Shown in pieces: positions 1 to 11,573 of a stretch of 64,000 nt of DNA. A model generated the notes under the pieces. That model had not been told where the DNA came from, ran no database searches, and saw only the letters and a program-made list of their open reading frames with translations. The translations under genes were made by a program, and so were the position numbers. This DNA is from Pelagomonas calceolata. Its lineage: Eukaryota. Each line of letters begins with the position of its first letter. The first letter of the stretch is position 1. The stretch covers positions 1,240,001 through 1,304,000 of the forward strand of contig CAKKNE010000002.1 of the NCBI GenBank assembly GCA_918797485.1, read 5' to 3'.

Positions 1-6
1 ACCTCG

Positions 7-3000
7 ATGCCGACCAAAATTCCGACGTCTGCACCGAGCCCCCGGCCGACGCCGCTGCCCACGCCGCGACCGACACCGAGTCCCTCTCCGGAGCCGTCGC
101 ACAAGCCGACGCCCAGCCCGACGACGGCGATGCCGACGACGGCGCTCCCGTCGCCCGCGCCCACGAGCGTGCCCACGATTTCGCCGCCGCCGTCGCCGGT
201 GCCGTCTCTGGCGCCAACGACCATAAACTACCGCCTCGCGGACTTCTCGGTGGCGGCGCCGCCCGAGCTGGCCGAGGCCGCCTTCACGGGGACGGGTCTC
301 AAAGTAGAGCATCTGGTCGTCAACCTCACGGTCCCAGCAACCAAGCCCGTGAGGGTGACGCTGCGCGGCGGCGGTCGGAGCGGCGGTAACCTCCGCTTCT
401 ACGACGAGGACTCAGATAACCCGGGCTACGCGCTCACGTCGGACGCCGGAAGCGCCTCCGTCTCGAAATGGATCCCCGCCGGCGACACCAATTGTACGGT
501 CGCCGCCGGCGCGCTCCGTGATCGCGTCGACAACGGGGACAGCGTCGCCCAGAGCGTCACGGTCCTCCTCTCGTCGACGGACCCGATCTATGGCCGCGCG
601 CGCGGCTTTGAGAAGACGGTTTCCGTACATGTGCTGGACGTCGACGAGTCGCTGATCGCGGTGAACAAATTCCTGGCGACGACGGACCCCGTCACGTCTG
701 GCGCAATAACGGCGAAAGCAAAGGAGAACGCCGCGACCTTCGTCTTCACGGCGGCGCTGACGAGCCTACCGTTTTCCGCCGTGCGCCTCGAGGTCGAGGG
801 CGACGTCGACGCGTTCGAGAGCATCTCCGTCGACGGCGCCGACGGAATGAACCGCACCGTCGAGCCCGCCGACTGGGCCTCGCTCGCGACGTACGAGTTC
901 CGCGTCGCCGACGACGCTGTATTATCCGGCGACCGCAACTACTCCGTCTGGTTCGTGGCGCGCTCGGCCGACGCCAACTACGACGGCGTTCGTTCTCCCA
1001 ATATGACGTGCCAAGTCATCGAGGACGACGTCGCCTTCGCCACCGTGAGCGGCAAGGCGCTGACGGTCGGGGCCGGCATCAACGGCCCGACGTTCGGCGA
1101 CGGCTACTGGATCACGCTGTCCGCGCCGCCAAAGGCCGACGTCGTCGTGTCGCTCGGCTGCGCCGACACGAGCGTGTTCTACACGAAGCAGCTCTTGTTT
1201 ACGCCGGACGACTGGGATCGGAAGTACGTGGCCGTCAACGCCTCTCTCGCAGACCCAAACATCTTGGAGGGCAGGACGGCCATGCTCACGCACTCCGTCG
1301 CCTCCGCTGACGCCTTCTTCGACGGTCTCGCTGTCTCAGACGTCGAGATCGCTGTCGAATTCTCTGTAGATAGTGTGCCGCCGCCCAAGCTGGAGCTCGT
1401 GCGGTTCCTGGACGGCGGCAACGGCCTCGACGTGCTCTTCGACAGCGCGACAAACATGGTCGACGGCGAGTGGGATATTGATTGCGCCACGCTCTTCGAG
1501 TACGCGGCGCAGCAATTCGGCGCAGATGGTACGTGCTCCTGGACGAACTCGAGCGCGCTGCGCGTGACGTTCGGCGCGGGCGCCCAGATCGTGCCGTTCG
1601 ACTACGTGGCCGCGACGGACCTCAACAGCGCGTATCTCAAGGGCGACCTGCTGAAGAACGACCTCGACGGCGCGACGCTCACGAGCGCCGCCCAGTACGC
1701 CGAGGCCCAAAAGCCGCTGCACCCCGTGGCGCCGGCGATCTCGATCACGGCGCCGGAGAGCGTCGGCGTCTGCGACGGCGTCGTCCTCGACGCGCGCGGC
1801 GCCACGGGCGGCGGCTCGCGAGCTCTGACGTACAACTGGGGCGTGCTGACGACCTGGGACGCCGAGACGGACGCCGACATGGCCAGCTTGGCGGCGCTCG
1901 AGACCAAGCTCGCGGCAGCCGACGCTGCCGGCGCCGTGACCTTGAGCCTCGGCTTCGACGACCTCCTCGCGGGCCGGGCCTACGACTTCCTCATTGCCGC
2001 GACGAACTTTCTCGGCGTGACGACCACGGCCTACGCGACCGTCGGCAAGCTTGGGTCGCCGTCGCCGCGGGTCCAGTTCCAGGGCGCGGCGACGCAGACC
2101 ATGGTCCGGTCCGACCGCAAGACGCTCAAGCTCGACGTGGCCCTGCCGAACCTGACCTGCACGGACATGAACGTGTCGAGCGCCGCGCTGGGCTTCGCCT
2201 GGCGCGCCTGGCGCCTCGAGGGCGCCGAGTGGGGCGACGCGTCGCCCGAGCTCTCGCGCGCGGCCATGGAGGAGTACGCTGCGAACCCCGTGTCCTGCCG
2301 CCTGCCCGTCGACGCGCTGCGCGCGGGCGCGACCTACATGTTCCGCGCGACCGTGGGCTTCGCGGACACCATGACCATCAACAGCTCCGCGACGGCGACG
2401 GTCGTCGTCAGGTCTCAGGACTTGATCGCCTCGATATCGGGCGGCGTTGAGCAGACCGTCGCGATCGGCACCGCCGTCGAGTTGGACGGGTCCGAGTCGT
2501 ACGACCCCGACGACAACGACGCCGAGGGCGCGATGGCATACGCGTGGACCGTGGCGCGCGTGCTGGACGACGGGGGCCGGGAGGACCTTTCGACCGCACT
2601 CCTCGACAACGCGACGCAACCCGTCCTCGCGTTCACGCCGACGACGGCCGCGGGCTGGGCGAGCGACACTTCGTACGAATTCACGCTGACCGTCTCGCGC
2701 GGCACGCGGAGCGCGGCCTACAGCGTGCTGGTGTCGGTCTCGTCGGACCAGTACATGCCCCGCGCGACGATCACGGGCTTCGACGAGAGCGTCAAGTACA
2801 ATCCCACGGAGGGCGCGTTCACGGCGATCTACTTCAAGGCGACGTCACCCGATCCTGACAGAACGATCGAGCAAACCGCCTGGTCCGTCGGCGACGGGCA
2901 GTCCGCGGGCCTCCTCGGCAAGCCCAGCGGGGCGCCGTCTCCCATGCTCGTCGACCTCGGCAAGACGCGGCCCAACGCCGTGTACCGGCTGAAACTTACG

Positions 3001-4842
3001 GTCACGGACAGCATCGGGTCGACGTCCTCGACCGTCGTTTCCCTGACGACGAACGGCCCGCCCACCTCGGGCACGTTCGCCGTCTCGCCGTACCGGGGCA
3101 CCGCGCTGACGACGGAGTTCGAATTCCTGCTCGACGGCTGGTCCGACGACGTCGACGACTACCCCCTCACGTACACGTACAGCTACCGCCAGCGGGTAAG
3201 CAGGGGCGGCGCCGGTCGCTTCACAAGCTTCGCGGACCGTCGGGCCGCGATCTCGGCCCTGACGCCGCTCGTCGCGGACCAGTACGCGAGCTCGTGGTTC
3301 GTCACGACGCTGCCGCAGGCGGACAACGTCAACCTCACCTGCGTCGGCCGCGTCTTCGACCGCTACCTGTCGTACGCGCAAGCCTTCACGCCCGTGCGAG
3401 TGGACGCGCTCGAGATCTCGACCGAGGACCTCTCGGCGTTCGCCGGCGATCTGTTGTCGGCGTCGGCGGACACGGGCGACGGCGAGGCGTCGCTGTCTTT
3501 GGTCTCGAACGTGGCGAGCGTCATAGGCGGGACCGACGCGAGTCGCCGGAGGCTTTCCTCCGAGCAGGAACTCATCGACGACCTGATGGGCCACACGATC
3601 AGCGCCGCGAGCCTGGTGGGCACGGACTCGTCCGCGGCGGCGGCGACTCAAGTCCTGTTCACCGTCTCGACGCTGACCGGGGACCCCGACTCTCTCTCTG
3701 AAAGCGCGCAGACGGGCGCGATCGGACTGCTGCGCGAGGTCGTCGGCGACGCCGCGACACATGGGATCGACGACGACACGGCGGCGTCGGCGGCGGATGC
3801 CGTCTCGAGCCTCCTGGATGCGAGCCTGTTCGCGTCGGGCGCGTCGAACAGCTCCCTGGACGGGCAGATGACCGGCACGGTGGGGGCCCTCGCGACCGGC
3901 ATGATCGTGGGCGCCTACGGCGGCCAGAACAAGAGCGTCGTCACTGACAACCTGGAGCTGCGCGCCTTCCGGACCGACTGCGGGACGCGGGACGCGGCGT
4001 TTCGACTGTCCTCGGGGGCTGGCGTGACGGACCTGCCCGCCGCGGCCCTCGACGCAGCCGCCGGAGGCGGCAGCTGCGACGCCGACGCGACGGAAGCGCC
4101 GGCCGACGTGGACGTGAAAGTGGCTCAATTGAAGAACGTCCGTGCCTCTGAGGGCGACGGGACCGTCTCGGACCTGGTGCAGATCGAGCTCGGCGGCGAA
4201 GGCGCCACGGTCAAGGTTGACAGTCTCGCCGAACCCATCGTGTTCGACATCCCGTTCGACGACGACCCGACGCTCGCGGCCGGCTACGACCCGGGCAACC
4301 GCACGGGCACGTGTTATAATCGGTCCCAGGTCCTGAGCTTCGACTGCGACGTGCCCACGACCTTTGACTGCGGGGAATCTCACGAAGTGACGCTCCCCGA
4401 CGGGTCAACGACAACCGTGACGGGAGCTAACCTTCCGCTCGAAATCACGGTGAGCTGTCCCGCCAGGACGGCCGCGTGCTCGTTCTGGGACAACGCGACG
4501 ACAAGCTGGTCGTCCGACGGCTGTGCCGCCGTCGCGTCCACGGCGTCCGGCGTGACGTGCGCGTGTACGCACCTGACCGAGTTCACCGCCTCGACGAACG
4601 AGACGGACGCGGCATTTTCCGCGGACGCTCAGCCGTCGCCGGCGCCGACGCCGGAGCCCACGACCGGTCAGCCGTCGCTGGCCCCGACGTCGCAGCCGTC
4701 GCCGGGGCCGACCACGACGGCGCAGCCGACCACAAATAAGGGAACCTGCGAGTGCTTGGCCGCCGCGCCGACGAAAACAATTACACCGGCCGCGAAGTCG
4801 GCAATATACGGCTGCCCGCGCATTTGCAGCCTGTCGGATTGA
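7..4842 (+). CDS. Large extracellular PKD/REJ-like protein with a GAIN/GPS motif and PT/PS-rich linkers; probably 5'-partial
   Basis: 1611-aa ORF. REJ/PKD-like segments (LDGSESYDPD; NGPPTSGTFAVSPYRGTALTTEF..GWSDD..PLTYTY), GPS motif CSFWDNATTSWSSDGC...CACTHLTEF, and PTPSPT repeats at both ends. Confidence 0.75.
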   Translation: MPTKIPTSAPSPRPTPLPTPRPTPSPSPEPSHKPTPSPTTAMPTTALPSPAPTSVPTISPPPSPVPSLAPTTINYRLADFSVAAPPELAEAAFTGTGLKVEHLVVNLTVPATKPVRVTLRGGGRSGGNLRFYDEDSDNPGYALTSDAGSASVSKWIPAGDTNCTVAAGALRDRVDNGDSVAQSVTVLLSSTDPIYGRARGFEKTVSVHVLDVDESLIAVNKFLATTDPVTSGAITAKAKENAATFVFTAALTSLPFSAVRLEVEGDVDAFESISVDGADGMNRTVEPADWASLATYEFRVADDAVLSGDRNYSVWFVARSADANYDGVRSPNMTCQVIEDDVAFATVSGKALTVGAGINGPTFGDGYWITLSAPPKADVVVSLGCADTSVFYTKQLLFTPDDWDRKYVAVNASLADPNILEGRTAMLTHSVASADAFFDGLAVSDVEIAVEFSVDSVPPPKLELVRFLDGGNGLDVLFDSATNMVDGEWDIDCATLFEYAAQQFGADGTCSWTNSSALRVTFGAGAQIVPFDYVAATDLNSAYLKGDLLKNDLDGATLTSAAQYAEAQKPLHPVAPAISITAPESVGVCDGVVLDARGATGGGSRALTYNWGVLTTWDAETDADMASLAALETKLAAADAAGAVTLSLGFDDLLAGRAYDFLIAATNFLGVTTTAYATVGKLGSPSPRVQFQGAATQTMVRSDRKTLKLDVALPNLTCTDMNVSSAALGFAWRAWRLEGAEWGDASPELSRAAMEEYAANPVSCRLPVDALRAGATYMFRATVGFADTMTINSSATATVVVRSQDLIASISGGVEQTVAIGTAVELDGSESYDPDDNDAEGAMAYAWTVARVLDDGGREDLSTALLDNATQPVLAFTPTTAAGWASDTSYEFTLTVSRGTRSAAYSVLVSVSSDQYMPRATITGFDESVKYNPTEGAFTAIYFKATSPDPDRTIEQTAWSVGDGQSAGLLGKPSGAPSPMLVDLGKTRPNAVYRLKLTVTDSIGSTSSTVVSLTTNGPPTSGTFAVSPYRGTALTTEFEFLLDGWSDDVDDYPLTYTYSYRQRVSRGGAGRFTSFADRRAAISALTPLVADQYASSWFVTTLPQADNVNLTCVGRVFDRYLSYAQAFTPVRVDALEISTEDLSAFAGDLLSASADTGDGEASLSLVSNVASVIGGTDASRRRLSSEQELIDDLMGHTISAASLVGTDSSAAAATQVLFTVSTLTGDPDSLSESAQTGAIGLLREVVGDAATHGIDDDTAASAADAVSSLLDASLFASGASNSSLDGQMTGTVGALATGMIVGAYGGQNKSVVTDNLELRAFRTDCGTRDAAFRLSSGAGVTDLPAAALDAAAGGGSCDADATEAPADVDVKVAQLKNVRASEGDGTVSDLVQIELGGEGATVKVDSLAEPIVFDIPFDDDPTLAAGYDPGNRTGTCYNRSQVLSFDCDVPTTFDCGESHEVTLPDGSTTTVTGANLPLEITVSCPARTAACSFWDNATTSWSSDGCAAVASTASGVTCACTHLTEFTASTNETDAAFSADAQPSPAPTPEPTTGQPSLAPTSQPSPGPTTTAQPTTNKGTCECLAAAPTKTITPAAKSAIYGCPRICSLSD

Positions 4843-4949
4843 CCTCTTCTGTACATTCGATTCCTCTAATAGCTAATTATTAAGACCACAACAACTTATC
4901 ACGTCCTCATATGCATCTCCAGGAAGCGTAGAGCGTCGCAAGCGACCGC

Positions 4950-7101
4950 TTATTGTCCCAGGTACACCAGCAGATCCCGGGGGATCCGGAACGGCGGCTC
5001 CGCGCGGCCCTTCTCGCGGCGCACGGCCTCCTCGCGCATCGCGCGCGCCTCGGCGAGCCGCTCCGCGCCGGTCCGGCGGCCGTCGACGAGCGTCGGCGCG
5101 ATGCGCGGGCTCCTGCAGCTATTGTCGGCGGCGAGGCGCTCGGCCGCGTTCGCCGCCGCGTCGGCCGCGGCCAGGCTCTCCGCCCGGAGCATCGCTTGCT
5201 CCGCCGCCTCGGCGCGGTCGCCGGCCTTGTTGGCGCGGTCGCGGACGCGCCGCGCCTTCTCCAACACAGCCTCGCGCGGGTCCGGCGTCGGCGGCGGCAG
5301 CGGGTCGACGCGCGTGTAGCCCTTGGCGACCATGTCCTCGTGGATCGCCTCGGCGAGCGTCGTCGGTGATTTCGGAGCCGGCACGGGCGCCGACGCGTCG
5401 TCGCGCATGTCCGGAGGGACCAAGAGTTCCAGCACTGGGTCGCCGGTGAGCACGCGCACGAAATCGTCGTCCTTGTAAATCTCGGCCTGGTTCTGGTTCT
5501 GTAATAGCAGCGACGCGACCGCTTGCAAGGCTTTGTCCTTGGTCTCGAAGTCGGGCGCGTGGTCGACGGCGGCCAAGAGAGCGTGGCGGGCGCCGCGGTG
5601 GACCCAGACGGCCCGCCGCAGGGGCGGCGGCTGCGACAGGAGGTAGAGGGTCTCTATGACCGCGTACCGCGTGCCGGCGTCGCGGCCCGCGAGCCCGCCC
5701 GCCGCCGCGAGGTCCAGCGCGTCGCCGAGGGCCTTTTGGTCCAGCACAACCGTCGCCCCCTTCATGAGCCCGGCAAAGTCGCCCAGCGGCGCCGCGGCGT
5801 CGGCGTCGGCTTTTGCCCGGGCCTGCCGCGCGAGCGTCGCGGCGAGCGGCCCGAGCTTGGCCAGGAGCGTCGCGTCAGGTAATAGAGTTAGGAGGCGCTC
5901 CTTCGCGCGATTCACGAGGGGCCCCGGCGCGAGGCGCTCGAAGGCCGTCGCGTACAAGAGCCGCCTCAGGGGCCGGTGGGCCCAGAACTGCCTCTTGTTC
6001 GCCTCGTAGCCGGCCAGGCGGATCAGGCAATCTAAGGCGAGCGCGCGCGCGCGTGTCTCGACGCCACACTGCGACGCTACGAGTAATGCCTCGCGGACGA
6101 TTTTGCGCGGCCAGAGGTTCGCCTCGCGAGACAAAGAGCTCAGGACCATGAGCGACCGTCGTAGAGCGGCAGTCTCGACGGACGCGCCCTCGGTGTTTGT
6201 GGACGCGTCCTGCTTGACGAGGAGGCATGCGCCATTATCCAAGGCCGCCTTGCGGGACGCGGCCGTCTCGGGCGCGCGCGCCTTTTCCGTCGCTGCTTTG
6301 TGCTTTTCCGCGTCGGCGGACCAGGGTGCCTCCCGCAGCTCGCAGCCGTACTCGTAGTTCGCCCGCGCGTGTTCGACGTAGGGGATGGTCCCGCCGCCGA
6401 TGTCTTTATAGTAGTGGCGCCGGTCCCTCTCGTTGAGTCTCGCGCGTGTCCCAGCCTGCGTGGAGATCAAACAGTGAGTTGGGTCACGGGCACGACGTCG
6501 CGTCGATGGCGTCGGGCGTCCGAAATTTGAGTTCCACACAGGTCCCCACCAGATCTATTTCCAGGCGCTCGACCTGCTCCTCCAACAACTCATTCCGCTC
6601 CCGTAGCGAATTCAGGGTCGACAGCAGCGCGTCGCGGTCGTGCTTCACTCGCATGGTCAATGCTTCGATCTGGCTTTGCTTGGATCTCATATTGCCCAGC
6701 AGCCGCCTTTCCAGCTCTTCAGAGACGTATTTGAAGTGGTCGCGCTCGTCCGCCATCGCCGTGACGGTGCGGTGCAACCCGGTAGCCGTCGCTTCGATCT
6801 TTTTCAGAGCCGCTTGCGCGGCGACGGGCTGGCCCTTCTGGAGGCCGCAGCGCGCGGCGTGCGCCGCGAAGTCGAGCTTTTTGAGAGCGGCTTTCGCGCG
6901 CGTCGGGTCCGTCTTCAGTACTTTTTGGGAGGCAGCGTCGAGCACGGGATTGACGCCGCAGCCCTCGATCAATGCGAGCAGTTCCTCGCGCTTGGCGTCG
7001 CGTCGCTTCGCTTCGGTCCACGCGTGCGCCGAGCCGGGCCGCTTGGTTGGGATCGGTGCGACGCGTCTTGCCGCTGGGGCGGACCGCGGCCTGCGCTCCA
7101 T
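4950..7101 (-). CDS. Hypothetical coiled-coil plus helical (ARM-like) repeat protein; 2 exons, intron 6456-6549
   Basis: ORFs 6484..7101 and 4950..6539 join in frame (…EIDL|AGTR…) after removing a GT-AG introner intron. Confidence 0.65.
6456..6541. mobile_element. Introner element, short variant; intron 6456-6549 on the minus strand
   Basis: TIR ctgcgtggagatcaa...ttgagttccacacag. TSD on the minus strand is gtggggac (intronic) vs gctgggac (exonic), 6/8 match. Confidence 0.88.
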
Positions 7102-7548
7102 GTTGCTGGTGGCAGCCCGCCCTCGTGTCTTGTGCCTTTACTGCTGGGTCGAAGGGCTGCCGCCCGGATTTCTGTGTCGCGCGGCTCGTGTGCGACGACG
7201 GGCAGCCTTTGTCTGGCGTTGCGCACGTCGTCTGCAGCTCCGCTCTCCGGCTGTCGTGAGAGCGCGAGTGCCACCCCGCGTAACAGCCAAACAGCCGTCG
7301 GGACGCGTTCCCCGACTCTTGCTGGACCTTCTGACGATTGCTTTGCCCCGTTTTGCGACGGCTCATTTTCAAACCCGTCCTTTAGCTCTCAAATCAGCTT
7401 GGCCGCGCCTCGCATTTTACGGCCACACAAATCACCGCGGGACGCCGTCGACGCGTCCTCGCAGTTCTCCAGTAGCGCCCGGAGCCCCAGCGCGCTGCGC
7501 GGCACGGATAAAGCCGCGCCCGCCGAGCTCAAGGCCGCACCGAGCACG

Positions 7549-8508
7549 ATGTCGACGCAGCCCTGGGTCGAGAAGTACCGCCCCCAGCTTTTGAAGGATG
7601 TCGTCGGCAACGAGGAGACGGTGGCCAAGCTCCAGGCCGTCGTGAACGGCGGAAATATGCCGAATATTATCCTGTCGGGCCCGCCGGGCACCGGTAAAAC
7701 GACGACGATGCTCTGTCTGGCCCGCCAGTTGCTGGGCCCGCTCGCGAAGGACGCGGTCATGGAGCTCAACGCGAGTGATGAAAGGGGCATCGCCGTCGTG
7801 CGCGACAAGATCAAGATGTTCGCCAAAAAACGCGTCAATTTACCAGCCGGGCAACATAAATTAGTTATTCTCGATGAGGCCGACTCCATGACGGCCGCCG
7901 CGCAACAAGCGATGAGAAGGACGATGGAGCTGTTTTCTTCCACTACTCGCTTCGCGCTCGCTTGCAACACCTCGAACAAAATAACGGAGCCGATTCAATC
8001 CAGGTGTGCTATTTTGCGCTTTACTAGGTTGTCCGACGAACAGTTGTTGAGGAGATTACAGTACGTCTGCAAGGAGGAGGGCGTGTCCTACGAACCGGAG
8101 GGCTTGGAGGCGCTCATCTTCACGGCCGAGGGCGACATGCGCAACGCTCTCAATAACTTACAGTCTACTCATAGCGGTTTCTCGGTCGTGAACCAGGACA
8201 CGGTGTTCAAGGTGTGCGACCAGCCGCATCCCCACATCGCGCGCGGCATCCTCGAGGCGTGTCTGGAGGGGCGATTAGATGACGCCCTAGCGGGGTTGCG
8301 CGGACTGTCTGAGTCAGGATACGCTCCGGTAGATATCGTCGGCACCTTATTCAAGGTCGTCAAGTCGCACAAGATGCCCGAGGCGCGCCAGTTGGAAGTG
8401 ATAAAGGAGGTCGGCTTCTGCCATACTCGTATTGCTGATGGCTGCGCGTCGCTCGTGCAGCTGACGGGCATGGTCGCGCGGCTCTGCCAGCTGGCCGAGG
8501 AGAAGTGA
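7549..8508 (+). CDS. RFC2: Replication factor C small subunit (human RFC2 / yeast Rfc4 type)
   Basis: PWVEKYRP, Walker [31 protein letters not shown] motif, [11 protein letters not shown]. Confidence 0.95.
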   Translation: MSTQPWVEKYRPQLLKDVVGNEETVAKLQAVVNGGNMPNIILSGPPGTGKTTTMLCLARQLLGPLAKDAVMELNASDERGIAVVRDKIKMFAKKRVNLPAGQHKLVILDEADSMTAAAQQAMRRTMELFSSTTRFALACNTSNKITEPIQSRCAILRFTRLSDEQLLRRLQYVCKEEGVSYEPEGLEALIFTAEGDMRNALNNLQSTHSGFSVVNQDTVFKVCDQPHPHIARGILEACLEGRLDDALAGLRGLSESGYAPVDIVGTLFKVVKSHKMPEARQLEVIKEVGFCHTRIADGCASLVQLTGMVARLCQLAEEK

Positions 8509-8589
8509 GTGGGGTGTGCGTAAGAGAACTAGCTTATTCTATGGTTCGCGCGGAGTTGCTTACAAGTCCTTACTCACATGTCACAGCGA

Positions 8590-9534
8590 CTAGACGGGAC
8601 CGTCGCGCTCCGTCCTCCAGAACGACAGGACCTTCCAGAACAGCACGTCGGGCAGGCGGTCCGACGCGATCCCCGAGGCTACACGGCGACGCGGCGACGG
8701 GAACAGGCGCGCGAGGAGGCCGCGGCGCGGCGCCGTCGCGCGGCCGCGCTCGCATAGCTTCAGGAGGACGAGCAGCCGCTTCCTCGGCTCGTTGACATAA
8801 CGTTTATACGTGCCGGCCTCGGTCACATTCAACAGGAAAGCCAAGATGGCTCGCTTGTCCGCGGCAGATGTGATGGATCCTGAATCATAATCTTCGTCAG
8901 CCGCCATCATCGCATAAAGCAGAGCATCATCGCCTTCCTCGTTCGTCGCAGCCAGGTCCGCGCCGTGACGCAGCAGCTCTCGCAGAAAAACCACCGGCGC
9001 CGAGTAACACGCGGCGGCCATCAGAGGCGTAGTTCCCACTGAAAAGCGCCCGCCGCCCCCAGTTACCCGGAGGTCGACCGGAATGCCCTTTTCTACGAAC
9101 AGAGGAATCAAAAGCGCACACTTTTCTGCGGCCGGATTCTCAGGAAGGTAGTAATCATCGGCGGTCATCATTACCGACAATTTGTGGAGAACGGACCAGG
9201 AGGTGTCATCATTACTAGGCGCGCCGCTCCTCGGGTCGGCTCCGTGCTCTATGAGAAGTCGCGCGACATTGACGTGGTCGGGGCTGGGATGCATTGAAAG
9301 GACTTGGTCGACGAGGTAAAACAGGTCGGCTTCGCCGCACCGCGCGCCGCGCTCGAGTAGGAACTCGTACATCTGCGTCTGAGACCCTAAGATTGCATTT
9401 GACAGTAAGCTACCATCCCAATCTCCGTCCTGGTTTACGTCGCCGCCACCAGAGAGCCACGCCTCGACGGCGCTCACGTCGCCGGCGAACGCCGCGCGTA
9501 GGTGAGCGGGTGTGTCTTCGTCAATGTGCGACAT
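8590..9534 (-). CDS. Ankyrin-repeat protein with a C-terminal LPxxxxWxVLSFW motif
   Basis: Ankyrin-like units (LLERGA, LLIEHGADP, GTTPLMAA..LLRHGADLAATNEEG). Paralogue of 51630..52451. Confidence 0.8.
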   Translation of the reverse strand: MSHIDEDTPAHLRAAFAGDVSAVEAWLSGGGDVNQDGDWDGSLLSNAILGSQTQMYEFLLERGARCGEADLFYLVDQVLSMHPSPDHVNVARLLIEHGADPRSGAPSNDDTSWSVLHKLSVMMTADDYYLPENPAAEKCALLIPLFVEKGIPVDLRVTGGGGRFSVGTTPLMAAACYSAPVVFLRELLRHGADLAATNEEGDDALLYAMMAADEDYDSGSITSAADKRAILAFLLNVTEAGTYKRYVNEPRKRLLVLLKLCERGRATAPRRGLLARLFPSPRRRVASGIASDRLPDVLFWKVLSFWRTERDGPV

Positions 9535-9998
9535 GGCGAGCAGCGATGCGCGGCGAGGGCGTCAAATTAGCCCGAGGAGTCTGAGGTCCAGCCCACCTAG
9601 GTGAGCGGGTTGCTGGGCAAATGGCTTGAACTTTGAGCGCAGTTGAAGCTCGCGGCAGCGCAGCACAGCGAACAACACGACAGTCCAACGCTAAGGACCA
9701 CACAGCTCGCAAAAGCCAACCAAACTTGACCTAAATTGCTCAAAACCCGACCAGTTTTTGAGTCGGACCTACGATGCCTCTCGTAGCGCCAGCAATCCAA
9801 CTCCCCGCCACGCCATCGCCGCGACGCGTCCGAGTAGGCGCCGTCGGGAGGGAGAGCCATGGAAGCCTCACAGCGTCCAGCGGACCAATAGACGGGCAGC
9901 CCAGCCGCGCTCGCAGGCAACGCGATCGCGCAGCGAAGAAACGGATCCCCAGCCGTCGTACCGCGGCGCTCCGAACCGCTCCCGGGCAGCCAGCGACG

Positions 9999-11504
9999 AT
10001 GCTAAAGCTCCTCCTCCTCCTCGCGACAGCATGGGCGCAGATGACCATCAACCGCGTGCCTATTGGGAATGCACAAAGACGCAGCGGCGCCGGTTCCCTA
10101 GTACTGGAAGTCCAGGGCGTGGGCAACCTTACCGTGCCGGCGAACGAAGATCCCGCGACGGCCGTCGAGCGCTTCGCGGCGAGAGCCACGGAGGCGGGTT
10201 TCCGGATGAACAACGTGACCATGCTGAACATGATGGAGTGGCTCTGCGAGAGAAGGCAGTGCACGCGACCTTTGACCGGTCCGGTCATGCTCGAAGTGAC
10301 GGGAGCGGGAAATTTAACGGTCCTGATGCACGAAGAACCGGCGGCCAAAGTCGAGGAGTTCGCGGCCATGGCCGTGGCGAACGGCATCCCGTTCAACGTC
10401 GAGACGATGCGGAGTATGCTCAAAAGTCTATGTAATTCTCGCTCTTGTTTTAGGGATATTGCCGGTCCTCTCACACTCAATGTGACAGATGTGGGGGAAT
10501 TTACGGTGCTGCCCTGGGAGGAGCCGGCTGATAGAGTGGAATATTTCTCAGGATTGGTTGTCGAGGCTGGTTTAGGCATGACCCGTCAAAGCGCTCAACA
10601 GATGCTCGAGTGGTTCTGTCAGCGACGCGTCTGTCGGAGGGGTCTGACGAGGCCGTTGACTTTATCAATAGGAGAAGTGGGCAACGTGACGGTGCGACCC
10701 TTCGAGGAGCCCGCTTATGTGATTGAACGATTCTCGTCCGCCGCGACGGCTGCCGGTTTACAAATGAACGTCGAGACGATGCTCGCGGCCTTGGAGTGGT
10801 TCTGTGCCCGACGATCGTGCCACCGACCGATCACGGGGCCCCACCGCTTGGTCGTGAATGGGGTGGGCAATATTACGGTGCGGCCCTTCCAGGACCCGGC
10901 GGCCGTCGTCGAGCGGTTCTCGGCGCAAGCGTCGGAGATGGGCTATGGGATTACCGCAGATGCTATGCTCCAGATGCTCTCGTACTTCTGCGAGAGGAGG
11001 TCCTGCCATCGGCGATTGACGGGGCCCTGGACTTTGCAGTTGGATGTCGCCAACGTGACGGTGCGACCCTTCGAAGAGCCGGCGGCCATCGTCGAGGTGT
11101 TTGGAGCGAAGGCCCAGCAGGCGGGCTTGGAAGTCGACGAGGAGATGCTCCAACAAATATTAAACTTCTTCTGCGAGCGGCGGTCGTGTCATCGACCTTT
11201 GAATCCAGCATTGGAGATCAACGTGCCCGATCTCGGTACATTGAAAGTCGCGCCGCACGAGGACCCCGCCGACGCCGTGGAACAGTTCGCTTTGGTAGCG
11301 ATGCAGAAGGGCCTGGACATGACTGGTAAACAGATGGTCGAGATGTTGACACTGATCTGCGAGCAGCGCGTCTGTCGCAGATTGGGCGTGCGGCCGCCGT
11401 CGGAGCTGAACCAGACTTCCACTGAGTCTCTGATGCCGCCCGAGGCGGAGGCGGCCGTCCCGGAGGCGCCCCTCCCCGCCGCCGAGACGAGCACTACCGA
11501 GTAA
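9999..11504 (+). CDS. Secreted protein built from seven ~62-aa repeats, each ending in C-x4-C
   Basis: Signal peptide MLKLLLLLATAWA. Repeat consensus L-x-V-xx-VGNxTVxPxEEPAxxVExF...G...MLxxFCERRxCxRxLxxP. Confidence 0.8.
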   Translation: MLKLLLLLATAWAQMTINRVPIGNAQRRSGAGSLVLEVQGVGNLTVPANEDPATAVERFAARATEAGFRMNNVTMLNMMEWLCERRQCTRPLTGPVMLEVTGAGNLTVLMHEEPAAKVEEFAAMAVANGIPFNVETMRSMLKSLCNSRSCFRDIAGPLTLNVTDVGEFTVLPWEEPADRVEYFSGLVVEAGLGMTRQSAQQMLEWFCQRRVCRRGLTRPLTLSIGEVGNVTVRPFEEPAYVIERFSSAATAAGLQMNVETMLAALEWFCARRSCHRPITGPHRLVVNGVGNITVRPFQDPAAVVERFSAQASEMGYGITADAMLQMLSYFCERRSCHRRLTGPWTLQLDVANVTVRPFEEPAAIVEVFGAKAQQAGLEVDEEMLQQILNFFCERRSCHRPLNPALEINVPDLGTLKVAPHEDPADAVEQFALVAMQKGLDMTGKQMVEMLTLICEQRVCRRLGVRPPSELNQTSTESLMPPEAEAAVPEAPLPAAETSTTE

Positions 11505-11573
11505 CTAGACCTCCCTTCTGCTCAAGTTCCTGCTCGACGGCGTACCCGGGGAGGTTGCCTTTAGAAATAGGAA

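Noticed and set aside
6640..7548. 300-aa N-terminal extension of RFC2
   Set aside because: Starts at a non-ATG codon and overlaps the divergent gene; RFC similarity begins at ATG 7549.
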